Shown: one piece after another, positions 1 through 10,200 of the stretch
How positions within the stretch are numbered: the stretch's first letter is position 1
Layout of the letters: each line of letters opens with the position of its first letter
Origin: Andalucia godoyi And28
Taxonomy: Eukaryota > Protista > Jakobida
DNA: 64,000 bases
Direction of reading: 5' to 3'
Assembly: GCA_009859145.1 (NCBI GenBank)
Contig: VRVR01000004.1
Span: 446,106-510,105 of the forward strand
Program-made: the position numbers and the translations under genes
The notes under the pieces: generated by a model
What the model was told of the DNA's origin: nothing
What the model saw: only the letters and a program-made list of their open reading frames with translations
Database searches by the model: none

Positions 1-970
1 ATTGCGGTGAAAGAGACTGCCCTCGCAACCCAAGTTCTTCATCGGCGGCCACTTGGAACGGAGTAACCGCCCCTTCAGCTCGCAGGATTTCAGCATCCAT
101 ACTACTTGGTCGCGCAGCTTGTGGCGTTGTCATCGTCATGTCTTGTTCTTGCGGCGCGTCTGTCACGTCAGTGGTGCCAGAGGGTGCAGGTAGCGAAAGC
201 CGAACTCGCTTAGGCGAAGGCGGGTGAACCATTGCGGATACGTCCGCAGCAGTCTTGAATCGCGGGTCCCCAGCAGCAGCCTTTGCAAACCGAGCCATCA
301 TTTTCGATGGCGAGTCATCCTCTTCTTCATCAGTCCCTTGCCTCTTCTCCACCTGCATTTCTGTCTGCGCAACCGCCGGATTCTCCAGAATAGACCTACG
401 TAACGACCGCTTTCGCATTCCTGCTGACGAAGAAACGGAAGACGGCCCAGCAGACGCCGCAGCCGCAGAAGATTCTTTTCCTGGAGTCGCCAGCACGCTC
501 TCAACGATCGCAGAGGCGCTGGTGCTGGTGCTGGTGCTGGGGCCTGCAGACCCAACAGTCCCGGTCGGAGCGGATCGATCAACGTTTCCAAATCGAGCCA
601 GAGCACGGAACAGCCCGGGGGTATCCTCCTCCAAATTTACAGATTCTTGAGACTTGTCTTCAACGGGACCTGCTGCCGGCGTTTGAGCACCCGATCGCTT
701 CCGAGAAGATGCAGTGGGAGTTCTTTTCGAACTTGACTGACCTCGACTTTGATCTCCGTCTTGATCCTGCTTCAAAGGAGTCTCCGACTGCATCCTTTGG
801 CCTTCAATCTCTTTTTCAACTTCTTCTTGTTCTTGCTGCTGCTGCTCGTCGTCTTCTTCGTCTGCAGTGGGAACAAGCCCTGGATTGAACTTGCTCAGCA
901 GCTGATTGTAAATCTTTGAACCACCAGTGCCGGTTCTTGCATTTGCAGAACGCGGCTTTCGTGCAGACAT
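1..970 (-). CDS. Hypothetical low-complexity (S/A/E/T-rich) protein, runs off the left edge of the window
   Basis: Translated by hand: ATG at 970 (MSARKPRSANARTGTGGSKIYNQLLSKF...), frame open to position 1. It is absent from the ORF track because its stop lies outside the window. No family recognised. Confidence 0.7.
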   Translation of the reverse strand, partial: MSARKPRSANARTGTGGSKIYNQLLSKFNPGLVPTADEEDDEQQQQEQEEVEKEIEGQRMQSETPLKQDQDGDQSRGQSSSKRTPTASSRKRSGAQTPAAGPVEDKSQESVNLEEDTPGLFRALARFGNVDRSAPTGTVGSAGPSTSTSTSASAIVESVLATPGKESSAAAASAGPSSVSSSAGMRKRSLRRSILENPAVAQTEMQVEKRQGTDEEEDDSPSKMMARFAKAAAGDPRFKTAADVSAMVHPPSPKRVRLSLPAPSGTTDVTDAPQEQDMTMTTPQAARPSSMDAEILRAEGAVTPFQVAADEELGLRGQSLSPQ

Positions 971-1157
971 GCCCCCCTCACCTCTCTGTATAATTTACAA
1001 ATAATAATAATAATAATAATTAAAGTAAAAACATTAATGAAATAAAACAAAAACGAAACCAAAGCAAGAACGATCCGGTCATACAATGAAAACCAAATTG
1101 AGAAAACAAAAATGTGCATATATACAATTGGGGATAACCTGAACTGTTTAACAGCCA

Positions 1158-1167
1158 TTTGGCGGGA
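1158..1167 (+). promoter_or_regulatory. E2F-like site (TTTGGCGGGA) in a divergent promoter
   Basis: Resembles the E2F/DP consensus TTTSSCGS. Lies between head-to-head ATGs at 970 (-) and 1451 (+). The same 10-mer recurs at 10527. Confidence 0.3.
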
Positions 1168-1450
1168 AGTCCAGCCGAAAAACCAAAAAAGTCGGTGGTT
1201 GATGCTACGTCTTGATCCTAGCAAATGCCCGATCCCAGCGCGATACGTGACACGTCGAAAAAGCCCGACATCGTAAATCACAAAATTTCTATTTTTTCCC
1301 ATTTCCCATAAGTGCTGGCTGCTGAAAGCCTTTCTGTTTGTCTGTGTTTGTGTTTTTGATTTTTGCGGTATTTCTTTTTCCGATTCTTGGATTTAAGCGA
1401 CAAATTTCTTTTGTAAACGCATCATCAGTACTCGATTTTTTCATACGCAA

Positions 1451-1909
1451 ATGTCAACTGCCGCAAGTGCGATGCCGGTTGTGTCGGGCTCGCAGATGCA
1501 GCCTCCGCTCCCGGTCTCGGAAGCGAACCCAACAGTCTCGATGCGACTTTTGGGTCCATTCAACGATCGTCGCATTCAGTGGACAGAGTCAACAATAGAC
1601 AATGAATTCATGGGGAAAAGGACCTCGAAGAAGTGCTGTGTTTTCCATAAGAAACGTGCTTGGAATGAATCCGATACGGAATCCAGTGGCAATGACGATG
1701 ATGACAATGGTGGCTGTGGTGGTAATAAAAACTCATCGTCATCCAAGGACGATGCAATGTGTGGTAAGCGCGGTGATAAGATGTCCAAGCAGCAGCATCG
1801 TCATCACCATCATCATCATCACCACGACCACCACTGTCACGGTCACAGTCATCATCATTCGTATGATGGACCTTGTGGCGGTGGTGATGCTCCCCAACAG
1901 CACGCGTGA
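1451..1909 (+). CDS. PPP1R11: Protein phosphatase 1 inhibitor 3 (PPP1R11/Ypi1 family)
   Basis: RVxF-type RRIQW followed by TIDNEFMGKRTSKKCCVFHK, the inhibitor-3 signature; His-rich tail. Confidence 0.9.
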   Translation: MSTAASAMPVVSGSQMQPPLPVSEANPTVSMRLLGPFNDRRIQWTESTIDNEFMGKRTSKKCCVFHKKRAWNESDTESSGNDDDDNGGCGGNKNSSSSKDDAMCGKRGDKMSKQQHRHHHHHHHHDHHCHGHSHHHSYDGPCGGGDAPQQHA

Positions 1910-2157
1910 CCTTCCTTCCTGTCCTTCCAAATGTATATACTATCCGTACTTGTAGATCGCTTCGTTTTGCAGCCTGTTCTATCCTCTCTTCCTGTGTACA
2001 GACGCGGAGTCAGCCAAGAAGAAGGAGAAATACATGAATGAAAAATAAATAAATATGATGAAAAATAAAATTGCACTGCGGAACGTACATTCTCGTGCAA
2101 GTAGTCTGCGTATTTACAGTTCTCCCGCTCTGCCGTGCTTGTCTTGTCCTCGATTCA

Positions 2158-3738
2158 TCATGGTTGAGGGACGGACGACGATGGCAAAGAGGGCTTTTGA
2201 GCAAGACGGTCGAGTTCACGGTCCCAGGAACACGCAACAGCAAACTCACGAATCCGGTCTTGCAGATCTCCTAGAAACTGAAAATCACGGTTCGGCTTTG
2301 GAGACGGTGAGCGTATCCATTCGGAGAACGAGAACTGTGCCGAAGGAGCGGCAGCAAGGTGGCGTGCAAGGGAGTCCCGATTGAACACCAAGCGGGGAAC
2401 ATCATCTCGAATCTTGTGAACTAGATGACACACAGGAGCCACTGTCAGCGAAGTTCCCATTATGATCATGAGGTCGCAGGCACGAAGATCTTCCGAGAGA
2501 TTTGCAAAGAACTTCTCCGGAAGGGATTCTCCAAAGAAAACAATCGACGGTTTGACAAGACCGCCACAACCAACGCACGAAATCGTCTTCCGGGTCGTCG
2601 AATCCACTCCGAGTCTCGATTTGAACTCCTCAATGTCCATCTGTCGCTCGCAGTCAATGCATGCACACTGCTGGAAGGTTCCGTGAGCTTGTACGAGTCG
2701 CCCGGGGGACACTCCGGCCAGGTGCTCGAGATCATCGATATTTTGCGAATAAACACGGCGCAACACACCCTTTTCTTCCAGCAACTTCATGAAAAAGTGG
2801 GCGTGCGAGGGGTGATATTGGCCAGGCATGAGCTCACGGGCAAGCATGTAGAATGGAAACGGATTCTCGCGGAAATAATCGATCGAAAACACAGCCGTCG
2901 GCTCCGGTAGATTGTACTTTTGCAGGTTGTCGTACAGACCAGTCCCTGGACTTCGAAAATCCGGGATCCCGCACGCAACAGACACGCCGGCGCCAACCAA
3001 ACAAAGTACATTCCTGTATCTCCCAGACACCAATTCCCGCGCAAGGCGAACCATGTCCGGATCCAAGTTGGTCACATCCACATTGCGGCTCGGCGTTCTC
3101 GACAGCGAGCTCAGCGACAGTCCACAAATTGCAGCTTCAAAAGCGTCCATTTGAGGATCCTCACTCTCTACTGTTGTCTCAGAAGACAAAAAAGCGTGAG
3201 AATTCTGGCCTTCGGATTGCAGCTCATTGGACACCGCACTACCACTACTACTGGTGCCGCCGTCGCTGGTGCTGCTGTTGCTATATTCAGTTTCTGCAGC
3301 AGTTGGAGTCGACGAAATTGCGGACGGCAAAGCATGAGAAGCAGATTCACCTTGCGATGCTTCCGAACCAGAAACCGTGCCAAACTTTGCTTGGTAAACA
3401 GCGCTCCTGAGCGAATCAAGCTGTGGACTCGTAATGTAGTCGTCGCACGCATAGCAATAACACGACAAGTCTGAGAACGAGATCACAATCGAATGCTGTG
3501 GACTGCTTTCTGCATGCAACGCCATGTGTGAATTCACATATCGCGAGCATTGGATACTGTGGCAAGCGCAGCAAAACCAGTTTTCCGAAGAATCACCGCA
3601 CACCTCACACGGTGACGGATAAATAACGACTTCATGATCACCGAGATTCGCCACCGAGCGCGACGGTGGAAGCACATGAGGACAATCCGTTCGTGGATGA
3701 ACGGCGTGAAACCGACCACTATCTAGCAGCCCTTGCAT
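2158..3738 (-). CDS. Class I sirtuin (SIRT2/Hst2-like) with N-terminal ZnF-UBP (BUZ) domain
   Basis: ZnF-UBP: CEVC...WFCCACHSIQCSRYVNSHMALH...CYCYACDDY. Sirtuin core: GAGVSVACGIPDFRS, SQNIDDLE, QAHG, CIDC/CVGC, KPSIVFFGE, GTSLTVAP. Confidence 0.95.
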   Translation of the reverse strand: MQGLLDSGRFHAVHPRTDCPHVLPPSRSVANLGDHEVVIYPSPCEVCGDSSENWFCCACHSIQCSRYVNSHMALHAESSPQHSIVISFSDLSCYCYACDDYITSPQLDSLRSAVYQAKFGTVSGSEASQGESASHALPSAISSTPTAAETEYSNSSTSDGGTSSSGSAVSNELQSEGQNSHAFLSSETTVESEDPQMDAFEAAICGLSLSSLSRTPSRNVDVTNLDPDMVRLARELVSGRYRNVLCLVGAGVSVACGIPDFRSPGTGLYDNLQKYNLPEPTAVFSIDYFRENPFPFYMLARELMPGQYHPSHAHFFMKLLEEKGVLRRVYSQNIDDLEHLAGVSPGRLVQAHGTFQQCACIDCERQMDIEEFKSRLGVDSTTRKTISCVGCGGLVKPSIVFFGESLPEKFFANLSEDLRACDLMIIMGTSLTVAPVCHLVHKIRDDVPRLVFNRDSLARHLAAAPSAQFSFSEWIRSPSPKPNRDFQFLGDLQDRIREFAVACSWDRELDRLAQKPSLPSSSVPQP

Positions 3739-3893
3739 TACAATGAGTTCCCACTGACGAAGCGGACACCTATAGGCAAATCATCTCAGAGAAAGATGGA
3801 AAACATAAAGATGACGAAGCGAAGAAAAAAGGAGGACAAATCAAGAGGATTTCTCGAATGCGAAGAGCGGGCTACGACAGGAAATGAGCAGGA

Positions 3894-4565
3894 CTAAGGC
3901 CGTCGTTCTGCAAATAGGGACCGACGGATGGACCGGTACAGAATACGCATGCTGAGCACGATGATGAATCGGATTGCCCAAATCCTGAAGAATCGAATCC
4001 ACTGCACAATCGGATCTGGATTGGTGTCCTGAAACGGGTCAGACGGAGCACCGGAAGGAGCAGAATCACAGTAGGACGACGAAAAGGCGGCGTCAAACAC
4101 CTGAGTTTCCGTTCTTCTTGCACCATGCAGTCCCAAAAGATCAAAGTCCAATGCAGGATTGATAAGACGCGTAATATACGACACAAACGACAGGTTTCTC
4201 GACACGAAGTTTTGCTGTGCTGAGCGAGCCTCCGCTGCAAATTCATCCATGCTTGCTCGCTTGCGACTCCGTTCCGCCTTTCGATCTGCATCCAGTTTCT
4301 GAATTTCTGTCCATAGTCCTAGATCGAGCGGCATTTCCCAAAATCCAACCCCTGCGCAATCTTCATTACTCACCACCCCCCGTTGTCTGTTCACGTCGTC
4401 AGAATTGAAATATATATAAGAGCACGGCGGTCGTTTGCGTTCGTTCGTTTTCTTTTTTGGCTCCCTATTTCTCTCCGCACGGAAATCGTCGAAACATTTC
4501 GACGATGCACGGGCTTTTGCAGATCTGCACGAGCGTTGCAGTCTTGCAGAGCGGCGCCTTTTCAT
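3894..4565 (-). CDS. Hypothetical protein, basic N-terminus, hydrophobic C-terminus
   Basis: 3' part of track ORF 3894..5036 from ATG 4565 (MKRRRSARLQ...). It fills an otherwise empty GC-balanced interval; no family recognised. Confidence 0.45.
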   Translation of the reverse strand: MKRRRSARLQRSCRSAKARASSKCFDDFRAERNREPKKKTNERKRPPCSYIYFNSDDVNRQRGVVSNEDCAGVGFWEMPLDLGLWTEIQKLDADRKAERSRKRASMDEFAAEARSAQQNFVSRNLSFVSYITRLINPALDFDLLGLHGARRTETQVFDAAFSSSYCDSAPSGAPSDPFQDTNPDPIVQWIRFFRIWAIRFIIVLSMRILYRSIRRSLFAERRP

Positions 4566-4664
4566 CTGGCAAGGTTCAGGTTGATGATCGGTTGTTACAA
4601 CAACAACAACAAAGAAGGAGAAAAAAAAACACGCCAGCCTTCTTTTTTTGTCCTGCAGTAGAAG

Positions 4665-4704
4665 GGAGAGAGAGAGGGAGAGGGAGAGAGAGAGAGAGAG
4701 AGAG
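4665..4704. repeat. (GA)n/(GAGG) microsatellite
   Basis: Direct reading; immediately upstream of ATG 4713. Confidence 0.95.
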
Positions 4705-4712
4705 AATAGGGT

Positions 4713-5192
4713 ATGAGTGGTCGAAAGCGTGCTTCGCGGTCGGAAACTGCATTGGGGAGTTCCAACGACGTTGCAGCAAGGGAGTCCAGTCCCGTAAAGA
4801 AGCCAAAACTCGCCGAGTCTGCAAACAATGGCTCGGTCTCGCTGTACTACCATCGAAAGAACTGTGCAACGTGCGGGAAATCGGACGACTTCTTGGCGAA
4901 AACAGGCGTCATAATCCCCGAGAGTTCCCGCAGAGATGCAACAAAGAACAGGGTGTCTCCTGCTGAAGCGCTGGAGATTGTCCAGCACTCGGCTTGCGGA
5001 CAGGTCCTGGTGGCGGGCCGTGCAGGAGCGGTGCAAACACTGGTGCCAAACGCAGATGGGCGCTGGGACGGCACTGCTTTGAAATCTACTGTTGTGGGTC
5101 CTTCGGGATTTCTGCGTGCACCGACGATCATCAAGGATAAGACGATGATCGTTGGGTTTTCAAGCGATGCGTACAAGACGATGTTTGCATAG
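4713..5192 (+). CDS. ArsC/Spx-like thioredoxin-fold protein (bacterial 'ArsC family (seleno)protein' type) with basic N-terminal extension
   Basis: LYYHRKNCATCGKSDDFL (CxxC) near the domain start and GPSGFLRAPTIIKDKTMIVGFS at the end, which match the ArsC-like G-x-LRAP-T...VGF pattern. Confidence 0.8.
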   Translation: MSGRKRASRSETALGSSNDVAARESSPVKKPKLAESANNGSVSLYYHRKNCATCGKSDDFLAKTGVIIPESSRRDATKNRVSPAEALEIVQHSACGQVLVAGRAGAVQTLVPNADGRWDGTALKSTVVGPSGFLRAPTIIKDKTMIVGFSSDAYKTMFA

Positions 5193-5382
5193 ACAATGAA
5201 AGATCCTGATGGTTTGATTTTAATTTTTTTTTATATTAAAGAACACCAAGTCGGATCTTTTTCTTGTCGTTTCTTCGTTACATGGACTCGGCGATCTCGA
5301 ATCTATGGATCTCCATGGGCGGTTGCGAGACCGAAAGCGTGTCGCTGGGCAGGACACAATGGGAGAAACGAATGAACGGTTA

Positions 5383-7035
5383 TTATCGAAGGTTCCGTCC
5401 AGGCTGGACCAGCAACACATGGACCCGCAGCAGCTGAGCAGCCAGTCGGATTCCAGACTCAAGACTGGCCAGAACAGTCTGAAACGGTTCCACAACGGCG
5501 TTTGCTTCGTCATCTGTCCACTGTCCGCTCGACCATTCCAGTGCGTGCGGCCGCGCTCGCTGTGCCCGCAATCGAAAGTCGTCTGCTACCCTTAGCGCGT
5601 CCAGATGAGCATTCAGAAGCTGACTGCTCGCAAGAAATTCCAGAGAATGAGAGAGCTGGGTCGCTGCAAAACACACATCGGCATCAGAGGCTGCTGATGC
5701 GACCTGCATGCAATGCCCTGAGAGGGACAGCAACAACACCAGTCCGCCTGTGCGTATGAACGACTTGCATTTCAAAATCATGTCAAGCGTTTTAAGGGTC
5801 GACTTGACTGCTCGGGCTGCTTCAGCAGCACTCGTTCCCGATAGACCTCCGAGGAAAAACGTGCAAACCCGGTTGCTCGATGTTCGGACAAACGTAAAAA
5901 GCTCATCCACATCGCCAACCGTTAGCTGTTCGGGTACCATTGTTTGGATTCCAAGAACCGCACCAGTATATTCTCCAGGACTCCGCATGGCCGCCTGCAG
6001 AGATGGCGCGGAAGAACACCCCAGCAAGCGAGCGAGGATCTGTTCCTCCTCCAGTGGAACAACAGCAATGCACGCTATTCCAACCCTTTCCAAGATAAAT
6101 GACAGCACGGGATCGATAACACCACGACACACAACAAGCCCGACACCGAGCTGCGTCATGGATTTCACAAGCTCCTGGAATTCGTCCCTGACCAATGCGG
6201 TCAAGCGTGTCGATTCTCCGCCTTCCAACGCCGAATCAGACGGCGTCAACGCAAGTTTCACAGGAGCCGAAGACCCTGCCAATTCCTCAAACAGAATGGT
6301 CTTGTTCGTAATGTCACTGCGAACGAGAACGACGACGCAGGGTCCCTTTCGAAGGGGCAAAATTGACGGTCGCTTGCGAAGAACTGCAGTGCCGATCTCC
6401 GCAGTCCATCCAAAACAGTTCGCTTGTCGGGGCGCAACAAGCTGGAATGCGTCCATACTGCCGGGAGGAACTTTCCGCACATGATCGACGATGCAATGGG
6501 AGATATCAATATCCGGGTAAAACGAAACAATGGACTTGGTTCGCAGTACGCTATTCGCCACCGATTCCAAAACACGTATCTGGTCGCTGTCGTCTTGCGG
6601 CAATTCGACTGCAAATTCACTTGTCAAGTAGTCTCGAACAAGACTGGCCATCGAGGAAAGAGCGGCGAGCTTGCGGTACCAATCCGAGGCGGGGATGTTT
6701 GAGGTCAGAGCACTGCAAAAGAAACGACGCGCAACGTCACATGCCCACAACATGGCTGTGGTGGAGCCGTCTCCAAACCGGTCTTGCTGAGACTTTCCAG
6801 CTTCTGAAATGAGCAGCGCAACAGGATGCTTCCAGTCCGTATAGCGAACGATGGAATATCCGTCTGCAGTAATCATCAAGTCCCCGGAATCATCAAAAAT
6901 CGCCTTTTGAAATGCGAATGGGCCGTACGAAGATTGCAGAAGCGAAATGACGGTGTCGAGAACAGACACGATCGATTCTCGAGTGTGCTGGGCACTCAGA
7001 ACTTTAGATTCGTAAAGTTCATTTCCAATGTCCAT
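5383..7035 (-). CDS. Divergent group II chaperonin-like protein, BBS6(MKKS)/BBS10/BBS12 type
   Basis: Equatorial motifs SSYGP, ITADG, HPVALLI and DRFGDGSTT are present; the apical and intermediate regions are too divergent for a canonical CCT subunit. First ATG is at 7035 (track start 7053 is TTG). Confidence 0.75.
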   Translation of the reverse strand: MDIGNELYESKVLSAQHTRESIVSVLDTVISLLQSSYGPFAFQKAIFDDSGDLMITADGYSIVRYTDWKHPVALLISEAGKSQQDRFGDGSTTAMLWACDVARRFFCSALTSNIPASDWYRKLAALSSMASLVRDYLTSEFAVELPQDDSDQIRVLESVANSVLRTKSIVSFYPDIDISHCIVDHVRKVPPGSMDAFQLVAPRQANCFGWTAEIGTAVLRKRPSILPLRKGPCVVVLVRSDITNKTILFEELAGSSAPVKLALTPSDSALEGGESTRLTALVRDEFQELVKSMTQLGVGLVVCRGVIDPVLSFILERVGIACIAVVPLEEEQILARLLGCSSAPSLQAAMRSPGEYTGAVLGIQTMVPEQLTVGDVDELFTFVRTSSNRVCTFFLGGLSGTSAAEAARAVKSTLKTLDMILKCKSFIRTGGLVLLLSLSGHCMQVASAASDADVCFAATQLSHSLEFLASSQLLNAHLDALRVADDFRLRAQRARPHALEWSSGQWTDDEANAVVEPFQTVLASLESGIRLAAQLLRVHVLLVQPGRNLR

Positions 7036-7243
7036 GGTGCGACATTGACGCAACTTTCAAAAAAATAATAAATCAATAATATAAAATAAATCAATAGATA
7101 AATTAAAAGAAATTCAAAAAAAAAATAAATAAAATGCAGCAACAACAAAACAAACGAAAGCAAATACTGAAAACGAAAGGGGGAAAAAGCCTGCGGGGAT
7201 TGCTGGGAATATGTGAATTCAAATTTTATGGGAGCGCTCACCC

Positions 7244-10200
7244 TTACGTGTCGAACTGAAGAACGCGAACAGGCATTTCGTCTTCCATTCGCGAGGAATC
7301 GGCATTCTTGACTGCGGAAGTAGGCTGCGTGGCGAGCATCGCCAGGTCAGTGTCCAGAGAGTCTGCAATCTCCAGACCGCCTGTGTTTTCCCGCACTGCG
7401 TCTTCATACACTTTCCTACGTTCCTGAAGACCAACGGACGGCGTGCGTGAGACAGAGGCAATGAACTCCGAAATGGTCTGCTCCTCGGCACTGTGTTCCG
7501 CCTCAGCAAAGGCTCGTGCCCGCTTTCTGCTTGATGCACTTGACCTTACTTCACCAGCACTGTCTGCGGTGCGAACAAACTGTTTCAGCTGTGGCGTCTT
7601 GAACGAACTTCGCAGCAACGCGTCTACTTCTGCGATAATGCGATTTGCAAGGATCGGAGTTTTCTGCTTTCCCGGAGTATCCGCCAGCAACCTGTCGATG
7701 TCCTGCAAAGAAACTTGTGGTCGAGCAGCAGGCACCGAGCTCGAACGAATACGCACTTCGTATTCAATCTCCTTGGCATCCTGCGGATTCAGGTCCATCC
7801 ATTCTCGAATGCTGTTGCGAAGATATTTGTTCTCCAAGAGCAATACGAGAAAATCTAAAACATACTTCAGCAGCGGAGACCTCATCTGCTGCAGGAATCG
7901 CTTAAGCTGCGAAATCACAGGCAGGACACGGTCCCGCACACCCGAAGAGATGAGGCCCAGTACGGAAGCATGCGTCGCAGCTTCCTCCTCTTGGACAGTC
8001 GACAGCCTCTCAAACGACGAAAGATCAGGCAAAGTCAGCACATAAAGCATATCCTCCAGTGTCGGATATGTAGTCGAATGACCTGCATCGCACATCTGCG
8101 CAATTTGATCCACAATCTTCATGAACACTCGAAATCGTTCCGAAAGTTTCATTTCGGTGACCATGTACCGGTACGCTTTGAACCGCTGCTCTTGGTGCAT
8201 TCGCGTTTCGTGATACAGCTGGATACCATCAATCAACAATGATTCCCTCTTGACGCCCTTCTGGATCGCAGAGCGAAACAAGATTGGCGATCCCCGAGCA
8301 AGCATCAGAATCGCGCAGTTGGTGATGGAGGCCGGAAGGAGATAATCAAGCGACAGCAAGTGGGACAGCAGCGAGATGGTCAGTGAGGACAGTGCCGAAA
8401 GGGCGGGTGATGACAGAATGGAGTCGGCAATGTTGACAAACGCGGCTGCCAAGGACGGATCCAGCATAATCGCATCCGCATAGACGACGAGAACATTATG
8501 GATCAAAGACAGGTCTTGTGTTCGCGAGGAATCCACCATGGCAATGAGTCGTGATACGTCCTTGGGGTTCGAGGACAACGCAAACCTTCCAAACGCGATT
8601 ACGTGAGCAGCAGACGCGAATGGGTTCGAAGACACTGCACGATGCATTTCGGGAAACAGAATCTTCTTTTTCAGAAGCGAAATATGTGACCCAACCAGGA
8701 TTGCAGCTTCCGACAGGGACGATCCAATAGCCTGCGCGACTTCAGTAACAAACTCGTCACCAGCGGCCCGGCACACAACTGTCAGTTTTGAAGGAGTGTA
8801 CCACTCTGTCACCTTCTTGATGTCAAACATTCGCAATAGAGTCCGCGATGTTGCAGAGTCGAAGCTTTCCGGAGCATAAACGGAGAGCACGCGAAAGGAT
8901 TGCTCAGAATTGATTCTAACAAGCAACGAAGGCGCAAAGGAGACCTTGCCAGTAGCTGAAGAGAAGCAGAATGCCACGAACAGTTCATACTCGGTAGGGT
9001 GGGAAGATGAAAACAGGTCAGCACTGCTGCCGGAGGATGCTCCTGCAGTGCCGCAGCGTGAAAAGTATCGTTGAAAACATCCTTCGTAAAATGACGCATT
9101 TCCAAGAATGAGCTCCTGGACCAGCGAGTCATATTGATTCGAGGAGCCGGAGGCCAGAACCGCAAGTCCCTTGTCTTGACTCGATAAGAGGCGCACAACA
9201 GCACTGACAAGTAAACGCCTACTGGCAAACTTGCTGAGCAGAGCCAGGAGAAGGTCCAGCAGAGCATCTCCAACCCGCGGACTCCATTCAAGCGTTGCGG
9301 AAAGCAACGTGGCCAACACACGCTCCACATCTTCTGCGATCCCATCGAGTTCACAGTCGGAATCGACGATTTTCTCGACATGCTGAAGGATAGCAACTCT
9401 TTCCATCGGGGCAGCGTCTTCCCACATTTGCATGAGCACTCGGGGACCCACGATCAAGGGCCCCGCCATCCGTGCCACCAAATTCGAACATACCTGGTGC
9501 GCCTTGACCCTCACCTTTGCAACCTTGTCATGCAGCCGTTGTGCACCCAGTATGTAAACCTTTGGAATCACGCCTTCCTCGAACTCGGCAATCTGGCTCA
9601 AAATCTCGAGTGCTCCGATTCGTTTCTGCGAGTTTTGCACACGAAGGCATTTTCCAATGAAGTTAACAAACACATCAGACGCCAGAACATCTTGCTTGAG
9701 AGACCCGAGAACGAGGCCGAGGGAATCCGCATGATCCATGAGCCCGTAGACAGCGTGTTGATAGAACGTCGTCAGATCTTCGGAGACGTGTTCATGCACA
9801 AATCCCATAACTGCCGGTACGCTTTCCGGCCTTTCCACGACAGCATCCAAAAGAATGTTCAGCACAAAGTTCTTTTGGTCCGGAAGGAATAAAGCCAGCA
9901 GATTCACGTATTCGGGCATAATCGAAGCCGGTATTCTGCTGACTCCAGCACCCACATCAGCGGCAAACTTTTGGTCCTGTGCTCTCTGGAGCACAATCTG
10001 TGCACATGAGACCTGATTCAAAGACTGCATGTGCATGAAGCATTTTGAAACCATGGAAGAGATGAAATACAGAGCATAGTTCGTCGTTGGATGACTTAGA
10101 AACAAGAGATACTGTATCGACGCGCTGTACCCAAGAGAGTCACTTGTGGAAGTAGATAGCGCATGATCCAATATGCATAAATAAGGAAGCAGGTGCTCAG

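Noticed and set aside
4046-4063. CCGGAAGGAGCAG resembling SRP RNA helix 8
   Set aside because: The required 5' CAGG strand is missing and no surrounding SRP helices are evident.
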